A stretch of DNA of 20,661 bases. Origin: a virus (lineage: Duplodnaviria; Heunggongvirae; Uroviricota; Caudoviricetes). Below, piece by piece: positions 1 to 10,050 of this stretch. The notes beneath the pieces were generated by a model. That model was not told where the DNA came from. It did no database searches and was given only the letters and a program-made list of their open reading frames with translations. The first letter of the stretch is position 1. Every line of letters starts with the position of its first letter. The stretch is taken from IMG/VR virus record IMGVR_UViG_2872152978_000006, positions 1 through 20,661 of that record. The stretch is one strand, 5' to 3'. The position numbers were made by a program, and so were the translations under genes.

Positions 1-1203
1 GTGAAACTCAATGCCCGTCAAATAGACACAGCCAAGCCAAAAGAGAAGGCTTACAAGCTGGCCGATGGTGGCGGTTTGTATCTCTTGGTAAAACCTAATG
101 GAGGTAAATACTGGCGACTTAAATATCGTGTAGCTGGTAAAGAGAAGCTATTGGCACTAGGTGTGTATCCTGAGGTTACTCTAGCCGATGCTCGGGCAAA
201 ACGTGAAGATGCGAAAAGAGGTATCGCTGGTGGTATCGATCCGATGGAAGCGAAACGAGAGGAAAAGATTGCCCGGGAAACGCAGTTAAACAACACCTTC
301 AAAGATATTGCCCTTGAGTGGCACAGCAGCAAATTAAAAAAATGGTCTGCTGGTTATGCTTCAGACATCCTCGAAGCCTTCAACAAAGATGTGTTCCCTT
401 ACATTGGCAAAAAACCAATCGCCGAAATCAAACCACTTGAACTTCTGAATGTGCTGCGGCGCATCGAGGGGCGCGGTGCTACAGAAAAAGCCAAAAAAGT
501 GAGGCAGCGGTGCGGGGAAGTTTTCCGCTATGCAATAGTCACTGGTCGCGCAGAGTATAACCCTGCACCAGACCTTACTAGCGCGATGCAAGGCCATGAA
601 TCTAATCATTACCCTAAAGAATTACCTGATTTTTTCAAGGCATTGTCCAGTTACTCAGGAAGCGCATTGGTTGTTATGGCGGCTCGTCTACTGGTTATCA
701 CCGGCTTGCGGACTGGCGAACTACGTGGCGCATTATGGGATGAAATTGATTTCAACAAGGCTATCTGGGAGATACCCGCTTCACGTATGAAAATGCGGCG
801 GCCTCATATTGTGCCATTGTCTGATCAGGCTCTTTCGCTTATTGGGAAGATTAGAGAAATAACAGGCAATTACCCTCTTATGTTTCCCGGGCGCAATGAT
901 CCAAGGAAAACAATGAGTGAGGCCAGCATAAACCAAGTGTTTAAGCGCATTGGCTACGCTGGACGTGTAACTGGTCATGGGTTCCGGCACACTATGAGCA
1001 CGATTTTGCATGAGCAGGGCTATAACACCGCGTGGATAGAAACGCAGCTCGCTCACGTTGATAAGAACTCAATTCGTGGCACATACAACCATGCGCAATA
1101 TCTGGATGGAAGGCGGGAGATGCTTCAATGGTATGCCGACTATATGGATGCGCTGGAGAAGGAGGAGAACGTTGTTCATGGTTCGTTTGGGAAACGAGCT
1201 TAA
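1..1203 (+). CDS. P4/CP4-57-type tyrosine integrase (site-specific recombinase)
   Basis: 400-aa ORF with GTG start at window position 1; N-terminal motif KPKEKAYKLADGGGLYLLVKPNGGKYWRLKYR and C-terminal HGFRHT...HVDKN...RGTYNHAQY match the P4-type integrase family from memory. Start coincides with window edge, so a few N-terminal codons could lie upstream. Confidence 0.85.
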   Translation: MKLNARQIDTAKPKEKAYKLADGGGLYLLVKPNGGKYWRLKYRVAGKEKLLALGVYPEVTLADARAKREDAKRGIAGGIDPMEAKREEKIARETQLNNTFKDIALEWHSSKLKKWSAGYASDILEAFNKDVFPYIGKKPIAEIKPLELLNVLRRIEGRGATEKAKKVRQRCGEVFRYAIVTGRAEYNPAPDLTSAMQGHESNHYPKELPDFFKALSSYSGSALVVMAARLLVITGLRTGELRGALWDEIDFNKAIWEIPASRMKMRRPHIVPLSDQALSLIGKIREITGNYPLMFPGRNDPRKTMSEASINQVFKRIGYAGRVTGHGFRHTMSTILHEQGYNTAWIETQLAHVDKNSIRGTYNHAQYLDGRREMLQWYADYMDALEKEENVVHGSFGKRA

Positions 1204-1345
1204 CTGTATGAATAGACCGTGTTAAGCAATGGTAGTAGACTTATGTAGACGAACAAAGAATAGGCTATGTCTAGGCTGATCCCCGAAAACCCGTACACCC
1301 CTACGGGCTGGCATAGCCGTCAGAATTAGGGGCGCGGGGTGGCGT

Positions 1346-2227
1346 ATGGTGAGAGCCAAAAAACAAGATTTAGCATGGTTTGATATTAGTAATTATGAAT
1401 TTTTAAATGATTTAACCTTGCCGGACTTGATTCAAGAATTAGAGTGGCGCGATTTTTTATTGCGTCATGCAAAAGATGACACTGCTATATTCAAAGAAGA
1501 GTACGATATAAAATATGAAAGGATTTTTTCGGGCGATCCTAACCTAACCATTCTCAATGAAGAAGAGGAAGAGGTCGAAGAATTTATTCGCAAAGTAAAT
1601 GATGAAGCCCCATCATTAAGAAATGAGTACGATGATCTTCCCTCATTATCTTCAGCTATGGGGGTTAGTCCAGTAACATTTTCAGAGCTGGCCATGTACT
1701 CTTTCTCATCGATAGATCAAGGCTTTTTTAAAAGAGACGAAGAGGATTGCTACCTCAAGGCAAACGCTATGCTTGCGAGTGTTACTGGAAACCTAAGTAA
1801 TTGTTCCCCTAACATCATACTCGTTTCTATAGATTTAGATGACGCCACTGATGACGAAATTATTACCAGCCTGACTCACCTTCTACCTCTATGGCGAAAA
1901 GAGTTAAAAGTACCAGAGAGAGAGCATGTCGCTCAGAAAAGGATTGGATTAAAGACCCTTCAGAAGTTGATATCTAATAGAGTGATACCTATTGTTGATC
2001 TGCTGATTTGGGGTGAGAAGTCAGGTAAGGAAGTGAGCAATCCGATGATTTCTGCCTTGGTTTTTAGTGATGATCCGAAAGATACGCAGGCTATTAAGGA
2101 ATCAATAAAGCCTTTTGCACTTGAATCTATAAGCGAGAGATACACCCGCTTGCTTCAGCTTTATGTAAACAAAGACAGAGAAATGAGCTTGATAAAAATA
2201 TCTGATTTAATGAGTAGAGATTTATAG
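1346..2227 (+). CDS. hypothetical acidic protein, AT-rich cargo gene in the int-alpA slot
   Basis: 293-aa ORF, ATG start, visibly AT-rich relative to flanks, many D/E residues including an EEEEEVEE run; no family recognised. Confidence 0.55.
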   Translation: MVRAKKQDLAWFDISNYEFLNDLTLPDLIQELEWRDFLLRHAKDDTAIFKEEYDIKYERIFSGDPNLTILNEEEEEVEEFIRKVNDEAPSLRNEYDDLPSLSSAMGVSPVTFSELAMYSFSSIDQGFFKRDEEDCYLKANAMLASVTGNLSNCSPNIILVSIDLDDATDDEIITSLTHLLPLWRKELKVPEREHVAQKRIGLKTLQKLISNRVIPIVDLLIWGEKSGKEVSNPMISALVFSDDPKDTQAIKESIKPFALESISERYTRLLQLYVNKDREMSLIKISDLMSRDL

Positions 2228-2271
2228 CAAGCAAAATCCTACGTAAACGTTTTAAGTAAATTTCGCGATTT

Positions 2272-2306
2272 CCGCTTTGAATACGCTACTGTGTATTTCA
2301 AAGCGG
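2272..2306. promoter_or_regulatory. inverted repeat (10-bp arms CCGCTTTGAA / TTCAAAGCGG, 15-nt loop) upstream of alpA
   Basis: Perfect 10-bp arms read directly; lies between the orphan gene stop and alpA; no T-run directly after it, so function (terminator or operator) is uncertain. Confidence 0.3.
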
Positions 2307-2424
2307 ATAATCTTCTCAAAAAAATATTTTATTTTTATCCGCTATCACCCATTCACCGGTTTGTTTAATCTCCTTTCTGTCTACTGATGTCCATTAAAGA
2401 AGATGACAGAATATAGGAGTAAAC

Positions 2425-2622
2425 ATGTCTCAATCATTTATTCGTCTTTCTGAGGTTCAACGCCGTACTGGTTACAGCAAAGCGTGGATTTATCGGCTCA
2501 TCAAAGAACAGCGATTCCCTCAATCTGTAAAGATTGGAAGCCGATCAATTGCGTTTATTGAAAGTGAAATTGAAGAATGGATTAATCAGCGCATCGCTGA
2601 GTCGCGTGGCGAGGTAGCGTAA
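2425..2622 (+). CDS. alpA: AlpA-family phage transcriptional regulator / excisionase-like DNA-binding protein
   Basis: 65-aa ORF with AGGAG RBS; sequence FIRLSEVQRRTGYSKAWIYRLIKEQRFPQSVKIGSRSIAFIESEIEEWI fits the AlpA/Vis helix-turn-helix family. Confidence 0.85.
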   Translation: MSQSFIRLSEVQRRTGYSKAWIYRLIKEQRFPQSVKIGSRSIAFIESEIEEWINQRIAESRGEVA

Positions 2623-2964
2623 TGAATAAGAAAAACCGCCCATTACAGGCGGCTAATTCAGATATTCGCGTATCTGATGTTACGCCCCTTACAAAATCCC
2701 TTCAAGCACCAAAGCGCACACCGAAAAAGCATCGTGCCAGAGTCTATATGCTGCGTACTGGTATAGAGGGATGGACAGAAAATGACATTCTTCGCTACTG
2801 CCGTCTGTCTTCTGGTCGTAACTATGCAACAGAGTTAGAACGCCAGCTTGGAATCACTCTGGAACGTATCGACGAAAAGAATCCTGATGGTATCGGAACA
2901 CACCTTCGCTACCGTTTCTCCTGCCGTGGTGATGTTCTGAAAGTGATCACTCATGGATTTGCCC

Positions 2965-3870
2965 CTATATTTCCAGACATCTGTTATCACTTAACCCATT
3001 ACAAGCCCGCTGCCGCAGATATTCCCGTGGCGAGCGATAACCCAGCGCACTATGCGGATGCCATTCGTTATAATGCTCGAACGCCTCTGCAAGGTTCTTT
3101 GCTGCCGTTAACCCGTCTGGTTTGGGCATGATACTGATGTAGTCACGCTTTATCGTTTTCACGAAGCTCTCTGCTATTCCGTTACTCTCCGGACTCCGCA
3201 CCGCCGTGTTCTTCGGTTCAAGTCCCAACATCCGGGCGAACTGGCGTGTTTCATTAGCCCGGTAGCATGAACCATTATCCGTCAGCCACTCCACTGGAGA
3301 CGACGGAAGATCGTTGCCGAAGCGGCGTTCCACCGCTCCCAGCATGACGTCCTGTACTGTTTCACTGTTGAAGCCGCCGGTAGTCACCGCCCAGTGCAGT
3401 GCCTCACGATCACAGCAGTCCAGCGCGAACGTGACACGCAGTCTCTCTCCGTTATCACAGCAGAACTCGAACCCGTCAGAGCACCATCGCTGATTGCTTT
3501 CTTTCACGGCCACTCTGCCTGTATGTGCCCGTTTCGATGGTGGTACAGCAGGTTTTCGCTCAAGCAACAGCGCATTCTGGCGCATGATCCGGTAAACACG
3601 TTTGGCATTGATCGCAGGCATACCATCAAGTTCTGCCTGTCTGCGAAGCAGCGCCCATACCCGACGATAACCATACGTGGGCAGCTCTCCGATAACATGG
3701 TGTATACGGAGAAGCACATCCGTATCATCAGTGTGACGACTGCGGCGGCCATCCATCCAGTCATCGGTTCGTCTGAGAATGACGTGCAACTGCGCACGCG
3801 ACACCCGGAGACAACGGCTGACTAAGCTTACTCCCCATCCCCGGGCAATAAGGGCGCGTGCGCTATCCAC
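2965..3870 (-). CDS. insD: IS2 transposase OrfB (InsD)
   Basis: 301-aa ORF recognised as IS2 InsD (DDE integrase core, HSDRGSQY-type region). Confidence 0.9.
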
Positions 3871-4193
3871 TTTTTTGCCCGTCCATATTCAACGGCTTCT
3901 TTGAGGAGTTCATTTTCCATCGTTTTCTTGCCGAGCAGGCGCTGGAGTTCTTTAATCTGCTTCATGGCGGCAGCAAGTTCAGAGGCAGGAACAACCTGTT
4001 CTCCGGCGGCCACAGCAGTAAGACTTCCTTCCTGGTATTGCTTACGCCAGAGAAATAACTGGCTGGCTGCTACACCATGTTGCCGGGCAACGAGGGAGAC
4101 CGTCATCCCCGGTTCAAAGCTCTGCTGAACAATTGCGATCTTTTCCTGTGTGGTACGCCGTCTGCGTTTCTCCGGCCCTAAGACATCAATCAT
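3828..4193 (-). CDS. insC: IS2 OrfA (InsC), HTH protein
   Basis: Start placed at the internal Met of the 136-aa ORF ([25 protein letters not shown]...), giving the 121-aa InsC; overlaps insD start as expected for a frameshift-fusion IS3-family element. Confidence 0.85.
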
Positions 4194-4401
4194 CTGTACT
4201 CCAATGACTAGTCTAAAAACTAGTATTAAGACTATCACTTATTTAAGTGATACTGGTTGTCTGGAGATTCAGGGGGCCAGTCTAACTCATATTAACCATC
4301 TTGCGAACATAAATGATCACAACGGACTTTCTCAGCAGGAAATTGCCGACATTCTGAAACTCTACCCGGACGCGTTTAACGCCGCTTAACGGAGACTGAA
4401 A

Positions 4402-5235
4402 ATGAACATCGAAAAAAGCAGATTAATTTCTGAGGCCGCCCCTCATCTGAACGCCTCTCTGAGCACAATTAACGGTAATGAATTTGCCGCAATTGTCCCG
4501 GTTATTCCTGGTCATATCGGTGGGCGTGAAACCAATATTGTTAGCGCAAAAGCGTTACACAAAGCGTTGGGCGTGGGAAAAGACTTCTCTACATGGATCA
4601 CTGATCGCATCTCTGAATATGACTTCACCATTGGGCACGATTACTCAGTCCATAAAACAATTTCCCCAAATTTGGGGAAAAGCCCGAATGGCGCGGCTTA
4701 CAGCAAGATTAAGCAGTCTGGCAGACCCGGCAAAGACTATCTGTTAAGTGTCGGAATGGCGAAAGAACTGGCAATGATCGAACGCAATGATCAGGGTCAC
4801 GCTATCCGCCGTTATTTCATCCAGTGCGAGGAAGAATTACAGCGTAGCGTGCCTGAAATCGCCGCACGCTATCGTCGCCAGCTAAAAGCCCGTATCAGTG
4901 CCGCAAACAACTTTAAGCCAATGTGCGATGCGCTGAATATGGCCCGTGCCGAGATGGGGAAAACGACGCAGCAACACCACTACACAAACGAGAGCAATAT
5001 GATTTCTCGTATCGTTCTTGGTGGGCTAACTGCTAAGCAGTGGGCGCGGATAAATGGCTATTCTGGCGAACCTCGCGACCATATGAACGCAGAACAGCTT
5101 GAGCACCTCTCATATCTCGAAAGCACCAATATCACGTTAATTGATATGGGCATGGAATATGAGCAGCGCAAAGGAGAACTCACCCGCCTGTCGCAACGCT
5201 GGCTCGCCAAGCGTCTGGAGGCGCTCAATGTCTAA
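4402..5235 (+). CDS. phage antirepressor-like protein (AntA/Bro-N-type N-terminal domain)
   Basis: 277-aa ORF; region SAKALHKALGVGKDFSTWITDRISEYDFTIGHDY and GMAKELAMIERNDQGHAIRRYFIQCEEEL resemble AntA/antirepressor domains. Family call from memory. Confidence 0.55.
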   Translation: MNIEKSRLISEAAPHLNASLSTINGNEFAAIVPVIPGHIGGRETNIVSAKALHKALGVGKDFSTWITDRISEYDFTIGHDYSVHKTISPNLGKSPNGAAYSKIKQSGRPGKDYLLSVGMAKELAMIERNDQGHAIRRYFIQCEEELQRSVPEIAARYRRQLKARISAANNFKPMCDALNMARAEMGKTTQQHHYTNESNMISRIVLGGLTAKQWARINGYSGEPRDHMNAEQLEHLSYLESTNITLIDMGMEYEQRKGELTRLSQRWLAKRLEALNV

Positions 5236-5407
5236 GCCAACAGGAACACCACAACCACAAAAACGCTACAAAGATGCCCACGGAGCACTCGTTACTGTCG
5301 AAAGCGTGTCTCACAACCGAGTGACGTTTTATCGCGACGGGTATCAATCGCCATGCGTACAACCGCTGGCGCGTTTCATGAAGGAGTTCGCGGAGGTTAA
5401 CCAATGA
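5228..5407 (+). CDS. small hypothetical protein (59 aa)
   Basis: ATG at 5228 overlaps the upstream stop (AATGTCTAA) and its stop overlaps the next start (ATGA): translational coupling. Confidence 0.4.
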   Translation: MSKPTGTPQPQKRYKDAHGALVTVESVSHNRVTFYRDGYQSPCVQPLARFMKEFAEVNQ

Positions 5408-6065
5408 TACCCGTCCAGAAGAAGACATTTTCACTGGCTGGCATGTCGCCAAAATCCAGAAATATGACGGCAAAGTCAGGCATTAATACAGCAGATACAA
5501 GCAAAGTTTATCATTTGCTGGTGGTCGGAACGGATGCCTTAACCATACCAGAAATCTCGGGCGATGATATTAGCATTGAGAAGGTCAGCGGCTGCGCCAG
5601 AAAATTTCTGGTCGTAGATGATGTCTTCAGCTCGTGTAGTGACTCCACAAAAACATTCGTCCACGCGCGTGACGTTAACGAAATGAGCGCGATGTACTGT
5701 GCTTCTGGTTCTTCCAATAGTGAGTTTTCGGAGTCCATAAAAAAGAGCTTGCCGTTATGCGGCAACACGGTTTATGGTTATAAGGCACCTCATAAAACGG
5801 GTGCCGGGATTGGCGTCCTGGTAAATCGAATGGCGACATATGACGCGCCGAGCGTCTTTTTTTATGTCGTAGGTCTGACTCACCCATTTTTTGGGCGTTG
5901 GTGTATAATCCAGCGCCTTTGTCAATCAATGGTGGCTCAGGCAGGGGCTTCTTCGGAAGCGCCGGTATCCATTCGAGCCGGTTACGCCAACCCTGTCTGG
6001 GCTACCACCAGCGAAATTGGCGTTTCCGGTGGTAGCGTTACATGCTATCGAATGGAGGCTGCCAC
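5404..6065 (+). CDS. hypothetical protein; 3' extent uncertain (the open frame continues to 6471 but overlaps better-supported small genes in other frames)
   Basis: Start is coupled to the upstream gene by ATGA overlap; 355 stop-free codons are unlikely by chance, but the protein has no recognisable features. Confidence 0.25.
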
Positions 6066-6260
6066 ATGCTGGCTACTACCCCTACCCAAAAACCGCAATT
6101 TATCTGGATTATCGCCGCAGTTCGCCGCGATTGCCCGACAATTACCGCCAAAATTCATCATATTGCTGCCGAGTCTGAACGCGATGCTCGCCGTTATCTG
6201 GTGCGCGATCACATCTGCTTTTTTGCTGGTCGTATCCGCATGGAGGTGGCACATGATTAA
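6066..6260 (+). CDS. Icd-like small protein (host cell division inhibitor family of P4-like elements)
   Basis: 64-aa ORF with GGAGG RBS 7 nt upstream; motif QFIWIIAAVRR...AAESERDARRYL...FAGRI resembles Icd-like proteins. From memory. Confidence 0.45.
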   Translation: MLATTPTQKPQFIWIIAAVRRDCPTITAKIHHIAAESERDARRYLVRDHICFFAGRIRMEVAHD

Positions 6261-6471
6261 AACCTACGATGTGCATATGGATCCCCTCGAACGCACAAGC
6301 CAGATCATCACACTGACAGAAGTGATTAACGACATTCTGGTGAGCAACTCTCCCTCACGAGACGAAAGACTGAAGGCGTTACTCGCGATATTGGATCTCG
6401 CCGTTCGTGACGTTCATTTCCTGCTGGAAGGTGGCGAAATGCCAGGAAAAACGGGGGCAACCAATGAATAA
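6253..6471 (+). CDS. small hypothetical protein (72 aa)
   Basis: ATG with GGAGG RBS; start overlaps the Icd-like stop; stop overlaps the next start. Confidence 0.4.
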   Translation: MIKTYDVHMDPLERTSQIITLTEVINDILVSNSPSRDERLKALLAILDLAVRDVHFLLEGGEMPGKTGATNE

Positions 6472-6658
6472 CTCAATTAATACCCCTCGCCTTACGTCCG
6501 CACTTCAATTAATCGAGCAAGCAGCGGCTGTCCTGGTTGCTGTCAGTCTTTCGGCTGAAGAAATGGACGCTACTGATGTCGTGGATGCGATTAAAGCGTG
6601 CTCATCTTTGGTTAACGATGCCCGTGCCGAGCTGGTAATTCTTGGGGGTGAAAAATGA
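6464..6658 (+). CDS. small hypothetical protein (64 aa)
   Basis: ATG at 6464 inside the longer track ORF 6407-6658; overlapping start/stop with neighbours. Confidence 0.4.
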   Translation: MNNSINTPRLTSALQLIEQAAAVLVAVSLSAEEMDATDVVDAIKACSSLVNDARAELVILGGEK

Positions 6659-6918
6659 ATATCAACTTAATTTATCGTCATCCGTGTGAGCTGGAAATTG
6701 AATCATTGCTGGGGCGTGAAGAGCCATATCCAGACACATTCACTCCCGCAGATTGCGCGACTGAACGGCTTACCAGAGCGCGCACAGGTCTGGTTCATGT
6801 GATGAATGAGATTGTTCCCTCGGTGGGAGGGGAACAGGCGACAGTAATCAATAGCTGGCTACAAAAAGTTACCTCCCTGATAGATATCGGTTTAATCGAT
6901 GTGGAGAGTGCGAAATGA
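6655..6918 (+). CDS. small hypothetical protein (87 aa)
   Basis: ATGA overlap with upstream gene; part of the coupled small-gene chain. Confidence 0.45.
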   Translation: MNINLIYRHPCELEIESLLGREEPYPDTFTPADCATERLTRARTGLVHVMNEIVPSVGGEQATVINSWLQKVTSLIDIGLIDVESAK

Positions 6919-7070
6919 CCAACATCCAGCTCATTGAAGCGCAATGTCGCATCGAACAGGTTCAGACTGTTTTAGGGTTCTGGCTTGAAGGGGCCAGCCC
7001 CAGCAACAGAGACAAGTTAATGATTGGCGCGGTTATGTCACTGCTCAATGGCGTACCAGAAGCTATTTAG
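6915..7070 (+). CDS. small hypothetical protein (51 aa)
   Basis: ATGA overlap with upstream stop; below the ORF-track length cutoff; translated by eye as MTNIQLIEAQCRIEQVQTVLGFWLEGASPSNRDKLMIGAVMSLLNGVPEAI. Confidence 0.35.
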   Translation: MTNIQLIEAQCRIEQVQTVLGFWLEGASPSNRDKLMIGAVMSLLNGVPEAI

Positions 7071-7108
7071 GAAGCGGACGAATTGTTGGGCAAATATGAG
7101 TTACAGAA

Positions 7109-8427
<1,319 letters not shown>

Positions 8428-8947
8428 GAACCAGACGTTCGCTCCTACAGCACCAAATCAGGTCTGGGTGGCGGACCTGACGTATGTTGCCACACAGGAG
8501 GGATGGTTGTACCTCGCTGGCATCAAAGATGTTTATACGTGCGAAATTGTCGGCTACGCCATGGGAGAGCGCATGACAAAAGAGCTGACAGGTAAAGCCC
8601 TGTTTATGGCGCTCAGGAGCCAGCGCCCACCTGCCGGGCTAATCCACCACTCTGATCGAGGTTCACAGTACTGCGCATACGATTACCGGGTCATACAGGA
8701 GCAGTCTGGTCTGAAAACATCAATGTCGCGTAAAGGTAACTGTTACGACAACGCTCCGATGGAAAGCTTCTGGGGAACGCTGAAAAATGAGAGCCTGAGC
8801 CACTATCGTTTTAATAACCGGGATGAAGCCATCTCAGTAATACGGGAATACATTGAGATTTTCTACAATCGTCAGCGTCGTCACTCTCGTCTGGGGAATA
8901 TCTCCCCGGCAGCCTTCAGGGAAAAATATCATCAGATGGCTGCTTAA
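8428..8947 (+). pseudogene. C-terminal fragment of a different IS3-family transposase OrfB (IS600-like?)
   Basis: Open frame begins at the IS911 junction with no N-terminal portion; contains DDE-region motifs HSDRGSQY and SRKGNCYDNAPMESFWGTLKNE; precise IS identity not recognised. Confidence 0.75.
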
Positions 8948-8958
8948 AAAAAGAACAA

Positions 8959-9462
8959 ATGGTAGTGTCCGCTATTGCCAGTACACCTCACCGGGTGGCA
9001 TGGATAAACCCGGAAGAGAGTAAATCAAACCGCGCAATTGGCGTTGCGCTGAATGATACTGCATGTCGCGTATTGAAAAAACAAATCGGGAATCATCACC
9101 GTTGGGTATTTGTGTATAAGGAAAGCTGTACCAAACCAGACGGAACGAAAGCGCCAACAGTCAGGAAGATGCGGTATGACGCAAACACAGCCTGGAAAGC
9201 GGCGCTGAGACGAGCAGGTATTGATGATTTCAGATTTCACGACTTGAGACACACCTGGGCAAGTTGGCTGGTTCAAGCCGGAGTCCCGTTATCAGTGTTA
9301 CAGGAAATGGGAGGCTGGGAGTCTATCGAAATGGTTCGTCGATATGCTCACCTCGCACCTAATCACCTTACCGAACACGCACGGCAAATAGACTCGATTC
9401 TGAACCCATCGGTCCCAAATTTGTCCCAGTCAAGAAATAAGGAACGTACTAATGATGTGTAA
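8959..9462 (+). pseudogene. C-terminal fragment (about 155 aa) of a tyrosine integrase
   Basis: Contains the catalytic HxxR box ([11 protein letters not shown]) and Tyr region ([12 protein letters not shown]) but not the N-terminal domains or first catalytic Arg; begins right after the IS3-family remnant. Integrase homology starts near 8990. Confidence 0.7.
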
Positions 9463-9690
9463 CTTATTGATTTAAATGGGATAATAGGAACAATACACAT
9501 AGGCGATAAGCTTTGTTTTTGTTGCCTTTTTTATTGTTCATTTTTTATAGATACCCCCAAAAGTACCCCCATATCTTTTTCCGCCCCTGAAATTTGGTTG
9601 TTATTCATACACCATATCAGGCGGTAACGCTCTCCCTTTAACCCACTTATTGTATGATAGTGCTATCCCACAATAAGGAATCAGCCAGCC

Positions 9691-10050
9691 ATGAGAATGA
9701 CCAGTCGCAAAAAAGAGATACTTAGCTACTTTGAACCGGATAACCTCGAATGGGTGACTGGTGAGATTGGTGCGCCGCCGTTCGATGTGTCGGGTGTGGC
9801 CTACCTGCTTCATGGCATGGTGTCGTTCGATAAGCGTCACCAGCTCGAATCAACCCGGCGCACACTGGAAAGCATGGTTGCTGGTGGACTGCTTGAGCGG
9901 GTGACAGTGTATGAATCGCGCCAGATACGGCGCGGCGGTGATACTAACGCAACGGTCGTGCGCTACGGTTTACCCGGTCAGTGCGCTGTTATGCGCGATA
10001 CTGGCGGCGCTGACAACGCAATATCAGGTGAATACATGCGGGTCAGTTAA
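9691..10050 (+). CDS. hypothetical protein (119 aa)
   Basis: ATG with AAGGA RBS; no family recognised; 3' end overlaps the convergent gene by 8 bp. Confidence 0.45.
   Translation: MRMTSRKKEILSYFEPDNLEWVTGEIGAPPFDVSGVAYLLHGMVSFDKRHQLESTRRTLESMVAGGLLERVTVYESRQIRRGGDTNATVVRYGLPGQCAVMRDTGGADNAISGEYMRVS

Larger units (their letters stand above)
2954..4284 (-). mobile_element. IS2 (IS3 family), 1331 bp, with 5-bp target site duplication ACTCA (2949-2953 and 4285-4289)
   Basis: Terminal sequences TGGATTTGCCCC... at 2954 and ...GGGGGCCAGTCTA at 4284 match IS2 ends; length 1331 bp; identical 5-bp direct repeats flank it. Confidence 0.9.
2622..4389 (+). pseudogene. hypothetical gene interrupted by IS2 (coding segments 2622-2953 and 4290-4389; reconstructed product about 143 aa)
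   Basis: Start overlaps alpA stop (TAATG). Reading frame entering IS2 at 2953 resumes in frame after the duplicated ACTCA at 4290 and runs to TAA at 4387-4389. Confidence 0.6.

Noticed and set aside
1-60. tRNA or tmRNA attachment site next to the integrase
   Set aside because: The window begins at the integrase start codon, so any tRNA/att site lies upstream and cannot be assessed.
51-609. Minus-strand ORFs (51-332, 361-609) inside the integrase gene
   Set aside because: Antisense shadow ORFs within a well-supported coding region; no RBS and no recognisable product.
3394-4128. Plus-strand ORFs inside IS2 (3394-3825, 3858-4058, 3901-4128) and minus 3504-3797
   Set aside because: They overlap insC/insD in alternative or antisense frames; IS2 coding is fully explained by InsC and InsD.
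5881-5909. Full sigma-70 promoter at the TATAAT (5904-5909)
   Set aside because: No acceptable -35 hexamer at 16-18 bp spacing and no TG extension; only the -10 is convincing, so it is mentioned in a finding but not annotated.
5404-6471. Single 355-aa protein spanning the whole open frame
   Set aside because: The 3' half overlaps the Icd-like gene and two further small genes that each have an RBS and coupled start/stop codons; only the 5' part (5404-6065) is retained, at low confidence.
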